This document shows positions 28,703 to 38,441 of a stretch of 64,000 bases of DNA, in pieces. Source of the stretch: Acidimicrobiia bacterium (GTDB lineage: Bacteria > Actinomycetota > Acidimicrobiia > Spongiisociales > UBA11373); the NCBI GenBank assembly GCA_016215655.1, contig JACRIT010000004.1:13492-77491 (forward strand), in the 5' to 3' direction. Position numbers and translations under genes: made by a program. The stretch's first letter is position 1; each line of letters opens with the position of its first letter. The notes beneath the pieces are model-generated. The model had not been told where the DNA came from. It saw only the letters and a list, made by a program, of their open reading frames with translations, and ran no database searches.

Positions 28703-30109
28703 ATGGCCAAGGCCAACATCGATCTCGGGAAGTACCAGCTGGGCTGGTCGGACACCGAGGCCGAGTACGTCTTCAAGCCCAAGAAGGGCTTGAACGAGGC
28801 CATCATCCGCGAGATGTCCGCCATGAAGCGCGAGCCCGCCTGGATGCTCGCCTTCCGGCTCAAGGCCTACGAGCGGTTCCTGCGCAAGCCGGTTCCCACC
28901 TGGGGCGGCGGAGGCATGCTCGACGAGATCGACTTCGACGACATCTACTACTACATCAAGCCGATGGAGGGCCAGGCGAAGGACTGGGACATGGTGCCCG
29001 AGTCCATCAAGAACACCTACGAGAAGCTGGGGATCCCTCAGGCCGAGCGCAAGTATCTCGCCGGCGTCACCGCCCAGTACGAGTCGGAGGTCGTCTACCA
29101 CCGCAATCGGGAGGACCTCGAGGGCCTCGGCGTGCTGTTCTGCGACATGGACACCGCGCTGCGCGAGTACCCCGACATCGTTCGACAGTACTTCGGGACG
29201 ATCATCCCTCCCAACGACAACAAGTTCGCCGCGCTGAACTCGGCGGTGTGGTCCGGGGGATCGTTCATCTACGTACCGCCTGGGGTCCATGTCGATCAAC
29301 CGCTTCAGGCGTACTTCCGCATCAACGCCGAGAACATGGGCCAGTTCGAGCGCACGCTGATCATCGTCGATGAGGGGGCCTACTGCCACTACGTCGAGGG
29401 GTGCTCTGCCCCGACGTACTCGAGCGACTCGCTCCACTCCGCGGTGGTGGAGATCGTGGTGAAGGCGGGCGGCCGGTGCCGGTACACGACGATCCAGAAC
29501 TGGTCGAACAACGTCTACAACCTGGTCACGAAGCGTGCTGCCGCCTACCGCAATGCCACGATGGAGTGGATCGACGGGAACCTGGGGTCGAAGCTGACCA
29601 TGAAGTACCCGGCCGTCTGGCTGATGGAAGAGGGCGCTCACGGCGAGGTGCTCTCGATCGCCTTCGCCGGCAAGGGCCAGCATCTCGATGCCGGGGCCAA
29701 GATCGTCCATGCCGCTCCCCGCACGACGTCGCTGATCACCTCGAAGTCCATCTCGAAGGATGGGGGTCGCGGCGGATATCGCGGGCTGGTCCGGGTGGAA
29801 AACGGCGCCGAAGGGGTGAAGTCGTTCGTCCGCTGTGACGCCCTCATCCTCGACGACAAGAGCCGGTCCGACACCTACCCGTACATGGAGATCGAGGAGG
29901 CCGATGCCCAGATCGGCCACGAGGCCACGGTGTCGAAGGTGGGCGACGACCAGTTGTTCTACCTGATGAGCCGCGGGCTCACCGAGCCTCAGGCGACGGC
30001 GATGATCGTGGCGGGCTTCATCGAGCCGATCGTCAAGGAGCTCCCCATGGAGTACGCCGTCGAACTCAACCGCCTCATCGAACTGCAGATGGAGGGGTCG
30101 GTCGGCTAG
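28703..30109 (+). CDS. sufB: Fe-S cluster assembly protein SufB
   Basis: [32 protein letters not shown] and FYLMSRG motifs. Confidence 0.98.
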   Translation: MAKANIDLGKYQLGWSDTEAEYVFKPKKGLNEAIIREMSAMKREPAWMLAFRLKAYERFLRKPVPTWGGGGMLDEIDFDDIYYYIKPMEGQAKDWDMVPESIKNTYEKLGIPQAERKYLAGVTAQYESEVVYHRNREDLEGLGVLFCDMDTALREYPDIVRQYFGTIIPPNDNKFAALNSAVWSGGSFIYVPPGVHVDQPLQAYFRINAENMGQFERTLIIVDEGAYCHYVEGCSAPTYSSDSLHSAVVEIVVKAGGRCRYTTIQNWSNNVYNLVTKRAAAYRNATMEWIDGNLGSKLTMKYPAVWLMEEGAHGEVLSIAFAGKGQHLDAGAKIVHAAPRTTSLITSKSISKDGGRGGYRGLVRVENGAEGVKSFVRCDALILDDKSRSDTYPYMEIEEADAQIGHEATVSKVGDDQLFYLMSRGLTEPQATAMIVAGFIEPIVKELPMEYAVELNRLIELQMEGSVG

Positions 30110-30160
30110 GAACCCGGTCTCCGGTCACCAGGCCGGACTGGAGACTGGTGACTGGTGACC
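30110..30160. repeat. heptamer tract (NGACTGG)3 with ccggtc units
   Basis: ccggtct ccggtca .. ggactgg agactgg tgactgg. Confidence 0.7.
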
Positions 30161-30182
30161 TCTGGACGAGTAGCCTCGCCCG

Positions 30183-30665
30183 ATGTACCTCGACCTCATC
30201 GCCCGTGCCTTTCGTCGCAACGATCGGATCGTCGCGGCCCACGCCGAAGGCCTCACGGATACCGATGCCCTGCGCCAGTCGGGCTTCAACACGAACTGCC
30301 TCAACTGGGTGCTTGGGCACATCGTGGCCGGACGCGACGAGATCCTGAGCGTGCTCGGCCAACCCGTCGTCGCCGGGGATCGCGTGGCCCGCTACCACCG
30401 GGAGTCCGATCCGATTCGCGAGGACGGTCCGGGTGTGATCCCGATGACCGAGTTGCTCGTGCTCCTCAACCAGCAGAGCGATCGCATCGTCGCCGCTCTC
30501 GATGGCGCCGACGACGCCTTCATGGAGGTCGAGGTCGCCGCCGGAGAAGGACGGGCGGTGAGCCGTGCCGGGCAGGTGCTCTTCTTCTACTTCCACGAGA
30601 CCTATCACGTCGGACAGACCGACGTGATCCGACAGCTCAGCGGGAAGTCGGACAAGATCATCTGA
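30183..30665 (+). CDS. DinB family protein
   Basis: NCLNWVLGHI and FHETYHVGQ motifs. Confidence 0.85.
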   Translation: MYLDLIARAFRRNDRIVAAHAEGLTDTDALRQSGFNTNCLNWVLGHIVAGRDEILSVLGQPVVAGDRVARYHRESDPIREDGPGVIPMTELLVLLNQQSDRIVAALDGADDAFMEVEVAAGEGRAVSRAGQVLFFYFHETYHVGQTDVIRQLSGKSDKII

Positions 30666-30672
30666 GCGAGGA

Positions 30673-30765
30673 AGTCGCCAGTCCCCAGTCTCCAGTCCCC
30701 ATCAGGAACACGAGCAAGCTCTGTCGGGTAGCGGGCAACGGGCAACGCAACCGAGGACTGGTGAT
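30673..30765. repeat. heptamer tracts (AGTCNCC)4 and (CGGGYAR)3
   Basis: agtcgcc agtcccc agtctcc agtcccc (inverted relative to 30136-30156), then cgggtag cgggcaa cgggcaa. Confidence 0.7.
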
Positions 30766-30782
30766 CGCCTAGGGGTGACTGC

Positions 30783-31598
30783 TCATTCCAGCAAGTGCCT
30801 CAGCGCCTCGCGGAAGTCCTCGGCGAGGTCGGGGCGGGCGAGGCCGACGGCGGCGGTGGCTTCGAGAAGGCCGGCGGGACGGCCGATATCGAGAAGGTCA
30901 TCGCCGACGATGAGTCCGAATGCCCCGCCGCGGCGGGCGGCGCGATCGAGCGCATCGGTGAGCTGGATCTCGCCGCCGTGGCCGGGGGAGAGTGCGGCGA
31001 GGTCGGCGAAGATCTCGGCGGTGAACACATATCGTCCGACAAGGCCGAGGTCTGACGGTGCTTCGGCGCCAGGCTTCTCCACGGCCGCCTCGATCTCGAC
31101 GACGTCACCCATCACGTTCTCCCCGATCGCCACGATGCCATAACGGTCGAAGAAGTGGGCGGGGACCCGTCGCACCGCCGCCACGGGGCGGCCATCGAAG
31201 AGCGACACGAGGCGTGGGGTGAATGATCGGCCGGGTCGGGGGAACATGTCCGAGAGCAGGCAGACGAAGGGTCGATCACCGACCGCATCGCGGGCTCGCA
31301 GCACCGCATCACCCAGGCCGAGCGGGTGGGTCTGGATGACCGACCGGAACGTCACGGACTCCAGGCCCGGCACCGCATCCCCACCGACGAAGTGGGCGAC
31401 GACCGGATCCCCGGGGCGCTCGTCGACGATGAGGATGATCTCGGTGACCCCGGCCGCGGCGGCCTCTTCGACGACATATTGGATCACCGGTCGATCGACG
31501 ACGGGAATCAGGGGCTTGGGCACCACCCGCGTCGCCGGGCGCATCCGCGTGCCACTCCCGGCGCAGGGGATGACCGCGACGGTGACGGGGGTGGGCAC
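30783..31598 (-). CDS. galU: UTP--glucose-1-phosphate uridylyltransferase-like nucleotidyltransferase
   Basis: AGSGTRMRPAT..PKPLIP, Q..PLGLG, VEKP, GRY and GEIQLTDA motifs. Confidence 0.8.
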   Translation of the reverse strand: MPTPVTVAVIPCAGSGTRMRPATRVVPKPLIPVVDRPVIQYVVEEAAAAGVTEIILIVDERPGDPVVAHFVGGDAVPGLESVTFRSVIQTHPLGLGDAVLRARDAVGDRPFVCLLSDMFPRPGRSFTPRLVSLFDGRPVAAVRRVPAHFFDRYGIVAIGENVMGDVVEIEAAVEKPGAEAPSDLGLVGRYVFTAEIFADLAALSPGHGGEIQLTDALDRAARRGGAFGLIVGDDLLDIGRPAGLLEATAAVGLARPDLAEDFREALRHLLE

Positions 31599-31620
31599 GG
31601 GGCAAGGGTACCGGAAGGAG

Positions 31621-31705
31621 TATTCAGTCCTCAGTCTTCAGAATGAGAACCTTGTTCGGGCTGACGACTGATGACTGATGACTGATGACTGATGACTGAT
31701 GACTC
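31621..31705. repeat. heptamer mosaic: tcctcag-type units then (GACTGAT)5
   Basis: tattcag tcctcag tcttcag; gactgat x5 at 31666-31700. Confidence 0.9.
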
Positions 31706-31722
31706 GTTTACCCTCCGACGCC

Positions 31723-32388
31723 ATGCGACTGCTGGTGGCCAGGTGCTCGGTCGACTACACGGGTCGCCTTGCGGCGCATCTCCCCATGGCGATACGACTC
31801 ATCATGGTGAAGGCCGACGGATGCGTGGCGATCCATGCCGACGGCGGCGCCTACAAGCCCCTCAACTGGATGAACGCGCCGAATCACCTCGAGGAATCGC
31901 CGGGACGGTGGGTGGTCACCAATCCCAAGGGCGAGAGCCTGGTGATCACCCTCGAGGACGTCATCGAAGACCGGTCCATCGAACTGGGGCCGGATCCGGG
32001 CCTCGAGAAGGACGGTGTCGAGAGGACGCTGCAGCATCTGCTCGCCGACCGGGCCGCGGTGATCGAGCCCGGCCTGGAGATCCTCGAGCGGGAGTACGCC
32101 ACCGACCTCGGTCCCGTCGACCTGTTGTGCCGCGACATCGGCGGCCAGGTCGTCGCCGTGGAGATCAAGCGTCGCGGTGAGATCGACGGTGTCGAGCAAC
32201 TCACCCGGTACCTCGAACGTCTCAATCGCGACACCACGCTCGCTCCCGTGCGCGGCATCCTTGCCGCCATGACCGTCACCCCGCAGGCCCGGACGCTGGC
32301 CGCGGCGAGGGGCATCGGCTGGGTCGAGGTCGACTACGACCTGCTGCGCGGCCTGGAGGGCAGGGCGCCGCGGTTGTTCGAGGTGTGA
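31723..32388 (+). CDS. nucS: endonuclease NucS (EndoMS mismatch repair)
   Basis: [30 protein letters not shown] and [18 protein letters not shown] motifs. Confidence 0.97.
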   Translation: MRLLVARCSVDYTGRLAAHLPMAIRLIMVKADGCVAIHADGGAYKPLNWMNAPNHLEESPGRWVVTNPKGESLVITLEDVIEDRSIELGPDPGLEKDGVERTLQHLLADRAAVIEPGLEILEREYATDLGPVDLLCRDIGGQVVAVEIKRRGEIDGVEQLTRYLERLNRDTTLAPVRGILAAMTVTPQARTLAAARGIGWVEVDYDLLRGLEGRAPRLFEV

Positions 32389-32468
32389 GTCCTCAGTCCT
32401 CAGTGAGAGGATCGAAGAGCGGAGAGAGCCGACGATCACTCTGTCTGATGACTGATGACTGATGACTC
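32389..32468. repeat. heptamer mosaic, direct partner of 31621-31705
   Basis: (tcctcag)2, then tctgat gactgat gactgat gactc. Confidence 0.85.
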
Positions 32469-33399
32469 AAAGCAGGCTCTCCAGGTCGAATCCGCTCGAG
32501 GGGTGGCGCAGCTTGGCGAGGGCCCTGCCTTCGATCTGTCGGACTCGTTCCCGGGTGAGATCGAATGCCTTGCCGACATCGGACAGGGTTCGCGGCGGGG
32601 TCCCATTCAGGCCATATCGCTGCACGATCACGGCGCGCTCCTGTTCGTCGAGCGCGGTCATCGCCGATTCGAGTTGGCGGCGGGCGGAAGCACCGGCGGC
32701 GACCTCAAAGGGGTCGAGTGCTGCCTCGTCTTCGACGAAGTCACCGAGTTCGGCATCGCCGTCCGTTCCGACGGGACGCTCCAGCGACACGGTGTCACCG
32801 GGAGTCGTGAGCGCAAAGGCGACCCGTTCCAGGTCGAGACCCGACACCAGGGCGATCTCCTGCATGGTCGGCTGGCGCCGGAGCCGCTCTTGCAGGCTCA
32901 GCGCCGTCTCCTGGACGGTGCGCACCACATCGACCATGTGCACCGGGAGGCGGATCGTCCGGCCCTGGTTTCCCAGACCGCGGGTGATGGCCTGGCGAAT
33001 CCACCACGTCGCATATGTGGAGAACTTGAAGCCCTTTCGCCAGTCGAACTTCTCCACGGCTCGGATCAGTCCGAGGTTGCCCTCCTGCACGAGGTCGAGC
33101 AGGTCGAGGCCACGGCCGGTGTAGCGCTTGGCGATCGAGATGACGAGGCGGAGGTTGCTCCGGATGAACTCCGCCTTGGCCTCGTCGGCAGCGTGGATGT
33201 CGCGATACAGGCGGGCTCGTTCCGTCGGGGTGAGGCGGCCCTTGACGTCGAGGGTCTGCTGGGCACGCCGGCCGGCTTCCATCGCCCGTGACAGCCGGAC
33301 TTCATCCTCGGCGGTGAGCAGGTCATGGGCAGCGACGGATTCGAGGTACATCCCGATGCCGTCGGACAGTGGTGCCGTTTCGCGCAGCCGCTTGGCCAC
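32467..33399 (-). CDS. sigma-70 factor, RpoD/SigB-like, lacking region 1.1
   Basis: NLRLVISIAKRY, DLVQEGNLGLIRAVEKFD, FSTYATWWIRQ and TRERVRQIE motifs; GGAGGAG RBS before the GTG. Confidence 0.93.
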   Translation of the reverse strand: MAKRLRETAPLSDGIGMYLESVAAHDLLTAEDEVRLSRAMEAGRRAQQTLDVKGRLTPTERARLYRDIHAADEAKAEFIRSNLRLVISIAKRYTGRGLDLLDLVQEGNLGLIRAVEKFDWRKGFKFSTYATWWIRQAITRGLGNQGRTIRLPVHMVDVVRTVQETALSLQERLRRQPTMQEIALVSGLDLERVAFALTTPGDTVSLERPVGTDGDAELGDFVEDEAALDPFEVAAGASARRQLESAMTALDEQERAVIVQRYGLNGTPPRTLSDVGKAFDLTRERVRQIEGRALAKLRHPSSGFDLESLL

Positions 33400-33455
33400 G
33401 GACTCCTCCCTGGGAGGGCAAGACGGTATCACCGGCTCATTCCGGGCTGCAACCG

Positions 33456-33542
33456 GTGTCCCCAACCTGGGTGTGGACAGCCGGATCGACTCATCCACAG
33501 GGGATACCCCGTGCCCACTCGAATCGCGGTGAGTTGTCCACA
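33456..33542. promoter_or_regulatory. cluster of DnaA-box-like 9-mers in a divergent intergenic region
   Basis: TTGTCCACA at 33534-33542 (actinobacterial consensus), TCATCCACA at 33491-33499, CTGTCCACA on the minus strand at 33472-33480, and a weak GTGTCCCCA at 33456-33464. Confidence 0.6.
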
Positions 33543-33592
33543 GCGACGGCCCGGCACCTTTCCCCAAGGCCAGGGGCCCCTAGGGTGCCGCC

Positions 33593-34270
33593 ATGGACGA
33601 CCTCGCCGCCCGCATCGCCTCCTGCCGGGCTTGTCCCCGGCTGGTGTCGTGGCGGGAACGCGTCGCCCGGGAAAGGCGGGCCGCCTTTGCCGGTGAGGAG
33701 TACTGGGGACGGCCCGTGCCCGGATTCGGTGATCCCGCAGGGCGACTGCTGGTGGTGGGTCTGGCTCCGGCGGCGCACGGCGCCAATCGCACCGGCCGAA
33801 TGTTCACCGGTGACCGTTCCGGAGACTGGTTGTTCCGGGCCCTCCATCGCTCCGGTTTCGCCAGCCAGCCCACGTCGACGGGTCGAGACGATGGGCTGCG
33901 GCTGCGGGACTGCTGGATCACCGCTGCGGTGCGCTGCGCCCCGCCGGGAAATCGGCCGGAACCGGACGAGCGCGAGCGATGCCGGCACTGGCTGGAGGAG
34001 GAACTCGACCTGCTTCGGGACGTGCGGGTGGTCGTCTGTCTCGGCCAGCTGTCATGGACGGCCATGCTCGGGCTCTTCGCCGACCGTGGTGTCGTCGTGC
34101 CTCGGCCGCGACCGGCGTTTCGACACCTCGCCGTCGTGGAGACCTCGGGACCGACGATCGTCGCCTCCTATCACCCGAGCCAGCAGAACACCTTCACCGG
34201 AAGGCTCACCGAGGACATGCTCGACGCGGTGTTCACCCGGGTGCGGGCGATCCTCCCCGATCTTGGGTAG
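33593..34270 (+). CDS. udgB: uracil-DNA glycosylase family 5 (UdgB)
   Basis: CRAC Fe-S motif, GLAPAAHGANRTGRMFTGD and YHPSQQNT motifs. Confidence 0.92.
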   Translation: MDDLAARIASCRACPRLVSWRERVARERRAAFAGEEYWGRPVPGFGDPAGRLLVVGLAPAAHGANRTGRMFTGDRSGDWLFRALHRSGFASQPTSTGRDDGLRLRDCWITAAVRCAPPGNRPEPDERERCRHWLEEELDLLRDVRVVVCLGQLSWTAMLGLFADRGVVVPRPRPAFRHLAVVETSGPTIVASYHPSQQNTFTGRLTEDMLDAVFTRVRAILPDLG

Positions 34271-34321
34271 GGGCACCCGCGCCGATACCATGCCGGGTCG
34301 TCGAGCCGAGGTCCTGCCGCG

Positions 34322-35548
34322 GTGCTCCCCATCGATCAAACCACCCACGAACGCGTGACGGCCGCACTGTCGGGGCGGGCCGCCGAGCGGGCGCGCGCCG
34401 GGTGGGTGGCGTTCCGCGAACTCGAGATGCCGTCCGAGCGTCTCGAGCAATGGCGATACGTGCACCCGGGGATCGACCTCGGCGCCTTTGGTCTTCCCGA
34501 CCGGGCAGGCAGGCCGCACCCCGCGGTGCTCGGAGGACCGTGGTCGGCATCGGCGGTGAATGTCGATGGCCGCACGGTGGCAGCCCAGGATGGTGACGGA
34601 GTCGAGGTGGCGGCGCTCGCCACCCAGTCCGACCAGGGCCCGACCGTGGCGATCGCGGACCGATTCGAGGCGATGCACGAAGCATTCAGCTCGGACGGGG
34701 TGCTCGTCACCGTTCCCCGCGGTGCCGCGGTCGCCGACCCGGTGCTCATCGATCTCCAGGCGGTCACCCCCGACTCCGCATCGGCGCCTCGTATTCGCAT
34801 CGTCGCCGCGGCATCGTCGCAAGTGGCCGTGGTGGTCCACGAGCGGTCGCCCGACGGGATGCCGGCTCTCGTCGTTCCACGATTCGAGATCGAAGTCGAC
34901 AATGGTGCCCGGGTGCATCTCATCGTCATCCAGCAATGGGGCGACGAGACTGCTGCCGTCGCCCGCCATCACTACGTGGCCGGTCGCGATGCCACCGTCG
35001 GTCTCGCCGAGGCAGGTCTCGGCGGCAGGTTCTCCCGACTCCATCTCTCGGTCGACCTCATCGGTGATGGGTCCTCGGCCGACATCGTCGGCGCCTACTT
35101 CGGTGATCACTCCCAGACACTCGACTACCGCTACTTCCTGCGCCACGCCGCCCGGGGCACCACCTCGGAGATGTTCCTCAAGGGCGCCGTCGCCGGACAG
35201 AGCCGCTCCGTGTTCAGCGGGCTCATCCGGATCGAGCGCGAAGGCCAGAAGACAAGCGCCCATCAGACGAATCGCAATCTCGTGCTCTCAGACGGGGCTG
35301 ATGCCCATTCGGTGCCGAATCTCGAGATCCTTGCCGATGATGTGCGCTGCGGGCACGGGTCGGCGGTGGGACCCCTCGACGAGGAGCAGCGCTACTACCT
35401 CATGAGCCGCGGTCTCGATCGGATGCGGGCCGATCGCCTCCAGGTCAAGGGCTTCTTCGAAGAGGCCCTGGTACGGTTCCCCGTGCTGCGGTTCGAACCG
35501 GTGCTGCGAGCGGCGCTCATGGCCAAGTATGCCGGGGTCACGGCATGA
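34322..35548 (+). CDS. sufD: Fe-S cluster assembly protein SufD
   Basis: EQWRY, FSGLIRI, PNLEILADDVRCGHG and YYLMSRG motifs. Confidence 0.9.
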   Translation: MLPIDQTTHERVTAALSGRAAERARAGWVAFRELEMPSERLEQWRYVHPGIDLGAFGLPDRAGRPHPAVLGGPWSASAVNVDGRTVAAQDGDGVEVAALATQSDQGPTVAIADRFEAMHEAFSSDGVLVTVPRGAAVADPVLIDLQAVTPDSASAPRIRIVAAASSQVAVVVHERSPDGMPALVVPRFEIEVDNGARVHLIVIQQWGDETAAVARHHYVAGRDATVGLAEAGLGGRFSRLHLSVDLIGDGSSADIVGAYFGDHSQTLDYRYFLRHAARGTTSEMFLKGAVAGQSRSVFSGLIRIEREGQKTSAHQTNRNLVLSDGADAHSVPNLEILADDVRCGHGSAVGPLDEEQRYYLMSRGLDRMRADRLQVKGFFEEALVRFPVLRFEPVLRAALMAKYAGVTA

Positions 35549-35877
35549 CCCTTCGGGTGCGCCTCGCCGCGCTTGCCGACCTTCCGGTGGGGAAGGGGAC
35601 CTGTGTCGCCGTCGCCGGACACCGCATTGCGATCTTCCGCTTCGGCGACGCCATCCATGCCATCGGTGATCGCTGCAGCCATGCCGAGGCGTCGCTCGCC
35701 GAGGGTGAGGTGTTCGATGGAACGGTCGAGTGCCCCCGGCACGGATCGGCGTTCGATCTGATCACCGGCATCCCGGTCTCGCTCCCTGCCACCCGGCCGG
35801 TGGAGGTCTACGCGATCGAAGTCGTCGACGGCGAGGTGTTCACGACGCTCGACCCGATCGTCGAGGACGAGTCATGA
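35545..35877 (+). CDS. Rieske-type ferredoxin (SUF-associated)
   Basis: CSH and CPRHG ligands; ATGA overlaps with both neighbours. Confidence 0.92.
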   Translation: MTLRVRLAALADLPVGKGTCVAVAGHRIAIFRFGDAIHAIGDRCSHAEASLAEGEVFDGTVECPRHGSAFDLITGIPVSLPATRPVEVYAIEVVDGEVFTTLDPIVEDES

Positions 35878-36635
35878 GTGCTGCCCTCAGGGTCGCCGGA
35901 CTCGACGTGCGGCTCGGTGAACTCCACATCATCCGAAACCTCGACCTCGAGGTCCCGTTCGGAGAACTCCACGTGATGATGGGGCCGAACGGGTCGGGGA
36001 AGTCGACACTGTGTCACGCGCTCATGGGCCGACCCGGATACCTGGTCTCCGGAGTCGCCGAAGTGGGCGGCGTGGACGTTCTTGGACTCGAGGTCGACCG
36101 GCGCGCCGCAGCCGGCCTCTTCGAGGTGTTCCAGTATCCCGTCGAGATCCCGGGGGTGACCCTGCGCGACCTGATCGCCGAGATGGCCGAGGCAGGGGGA
36201 GAGGCGATCGGTCATCGTGCCGTGGAGGTGGCGGCGCGACTCGACACCTCGTCGTTCTGGGACCGACCCGTCAATGTCGGCCTCTCCGGAGGAGAGAAGA
36301 AGCGCTCCGAGATGACGCAGTTACTGGCGCTGGCGCCGCGTATGGCCATCCTCGACGAACTCGACTCCGGCCTCGACGTGGACGCGGTGCGCGAGGTCGC
36401 CGAAGCAGTGCAGCACATGCGTGGCCCGGATCTCGGGGTCCTGGTGATCACCCACTACACCCGGGTGCTGCGATATCTCGAGGTCGACCGGGTGCACGTC
36501 ATGCTCGACGGTCGCATCGTCCAGAGTGGCGATCGCAGCCTCGCCGACCGCCTCGACACCGAGGGCTACGACGGTCTGCGCACCAGTCTCGGCATGAGCC
36601 ATCCGGAGGGTGATTCCTTTCTGACGGGGCTGTAG
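35874..36635 (+). CDS. sufC: Fe-S cluster assembly ATPase SufC (paralogue 1)
   Basis: GPNGSGKST, FQYPVEIPGV, LSGGEKKR, DELDSGLDVDA and ITHY motifs. Confidence 0.9.
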   Translation: MSAALRVAGLDVRLGELHIIRNLDLEVPFGELHVMMGPNGSGKSTLCHALMGRPGYLVSGVAEVGGVDVLGLEVDRRAAAGLFEVFQYPVEIPGVTLRDLIAEMAEAGGEAIGHRAVEVAARLDTSSFWDRPVNVGLSGGEKKRSEMTQLLALAPRMAILDELDSGLDVDAVREVAEAVQHMRGPDLGVLVITHYTRVLRYLEVDRVHVMLDGRIVQSGDRSLADRLDTEGYDGLRTSLGMSHPEGDSFLTGL

Positions 36636-36638
36636 GAA

Positions 36639-36832
36639 GCGCGATGCGCAATGCGCAATGCGCAATGCGCAAGTCCCGGAGGCCGCAATTCGCAACTCGC
36701 AATTCGCACGACGCGTGCCACACACCGGGCGCGTCTGGCGAATTGCGCCGAGAACCGCTCTCTGTCCCGGATCCCGAGCCATGCGACTACGTCCCAAGAG
36801 CGGACAGGGACTGACGAATTGAGCATTGCGGG
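36639..36832 (-). repeat. (GCGCAAT)n tract plus ~140-bp dispersed element, copy A
   Basis: The reverse complement of 36684-36832 aligns end to end with 43167-43308 and 38301-38441. Confidence 0.85.
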
Positions 36833-36894
36833 CTCTGACAGACGGCCGTGCGGAGACGCCTAGCCTTCCCTCAGATTGCGAAGGAGGACGCCGG

Positions 36895-38274
36895 ATGCGC
36901 ACCGAACGTGACTCGATGGGGGAGATGCTGGTTCCCGACGATGCCTACTACGGCGCCTCCACCCAGCGGGCGGTGGAGAACTTCCCGATCTCGAACCTCC
37001 GTCTCGGCAGGCGGATGATCGCCGCACTCGGCATGATCAAGTCGGCGGCCGCCGAGGAGAATGCCGCCCGCGGCATCGTGGCGGGAGAGATCGCCGGAGC
37101 CATCCGTGCCGCTGCCGAGGAGGTGGCGGCGGGGACCCTCGACGACCAGTTCGTCCTCGACGTGTTCCAGACCGGGTCCGGCACTTCATCGAACATGAAC
37201 GCCAACGAGGTGATTGCCAACCGCGCCAACGAGCTGCTCGGCGAGCCCCGAGGCAGCAAGAAGGTGCACCCCAATGATCACGTGAACGCGGGCCAGTCCT
37301 CGAATGACGTGATCCCCACCGCGATCCATATCGCCGCCGTGGCCGCTATGCGTGAAGACACCATTCCGGCCCTCGAGCGGCTCGCCGCCGCCCTCGAGCA
37401 CAAAGCCGAGGAGTTCGATCACATCGTGAAGGCCGGCCGCACCCACCTCATGGATGCCACTCCGATCCGTCTGGGCCAGGAGTTCAGCGGGTATGCAGCC
37501 CAGGTCCGGCTGGGAGTGCGTCGCCTCGAGGCCGCCCTTCCGGGCCTCGAGGAGCTCGCCCTGGGCGGAACGGCGGTTGGGACCGGCATCAACACGCCGG
37601 CCGGATTCGCCGCCGGGGTGATCGGGCGCATGGCCGAGCGCACCGGCTACCCGTTCACGGAAGCCGCCAATCACTTCGAGGCACAGGCGGCCAAAGACGC
37701 CACCGTGTTCGCCAGCGGAGCACTGAAGACCGTGGGGGTGTCGCTCTTCAAGATCGCCAACGATCTGCGATGGCTCGGCTCGGGGCCGCGCACCGCCATC
37801 GGGGAGATCAGCCTGCCGGCCACCCAGCCCGGCTCATCGATCATGCCCGGAAAGGTGAATCCGGTCATGGCCGAGTCGGTGATGCAGGTGGTGGCCCAGG
37901 TGGTCGGCAACGATGCCACCGTGACCTGGGCGGGCGCCAACGGCAACCTCGAGCTCAACGTGATGATGCCGGTGCTGGCCCACAACCTCATCGAGTCGGC
38001 GGAGCTGATCGGCTCGGTCTGCGATGCCTTCCGGGAGAAGTGCGTCGAGGGCATCAAGGCGAATGAGGAGCGGGCGGCGATGCTGCTCGACCAGAACATC
38101 TCGATCGTCACCGCCCTCGCTCCGAAGATCGGATACGACAAGTCCGCCGAGATCGCCAAGAAGGCGTTTGCCACCGGCAAGGGCGTCCGTGAGGTTGCGC
38201 TCGAGGTCTCCGGACTCAGCGCCGCGGAGCTCGACCGCGCCCTCGACCTCTACCCGATGACCGAGGGCGGGTAG
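36895..38274 (+). CDS. fumC: class II fumarate hydratase
   Basis: [19 protein letters not shown] and [11 protein letters not shown] motifs. Confidence 0.95.
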   Translation: MRTERDSMGEMLVPDDAYYGASTQRAVENFPISNLRLGRRMIAALGMIKSAAAEENAARGIVAGEIAGAIRAAAEEVAAGTLDDQFVLDVFQTGSGTSSNMNANEVIANRANELLGEPRGSKKVHPNDHVNAGQSSNDVIPTAIHIAAVAAMREDTIPALERLAAALEHKAEEFDHIVKAGRTHLMDATPIRLGQEFSGYAAQVRLGVRRLEAALPGLEELALGGTAVGTGINTPAGFAAGVIGRMAERTGYPFTEAANHFEAQAAKDATVFASGALKTVGVSLFKIANDLRWLGSGPRTAIGEISLPATQPGSSIMPGKVNPVMAESVMQVVAQVVGNDATVTWAGANGNLELNVMMPVLAHNLIESAELIGSVCDAFREKCVEGIKANEERAAMLLDQNISIVTALAPKIGYDKSAEIAKKAFATGKGVREVALEVSGLSAAELDRALDLYPMTEGG

Positions 38275-38300
38275 GCAGGGCGGCCGCCGGAGGCGGCCAC

Positions 38301-38441
38301 CGCAATTCGTCAGTCCCGCGGCTCGCGTCGGGTCGGTTCGATTGGCTTGGGACCTGGGACTGCGGCCGCCGCTCGGCGCAATTCGTTAGGCGCCCCAGGC
38401 CCAGGCGCGACGCTCTGACGAATTGCGAATTGCGAATTGCC
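38301..38441 (+). repeat. ~140-bp dispersed element, copy B (IS30 inserted at its 3' end)
   Basis: gcaattcgtcagtccc..ttgggacctgggac..ctcggcgcaattcg..tgacgaattgc; terminal inverted repeat GCAATTCGTCA/TGACGAATTGC. Confidence 0.85.

Noticed and set aside
33400..33592. Replication origin (oriC)
   Set aside because: Only three or four boxes, no AT-rich unwinding region, and no dnaA/dnaN/rpmH context.
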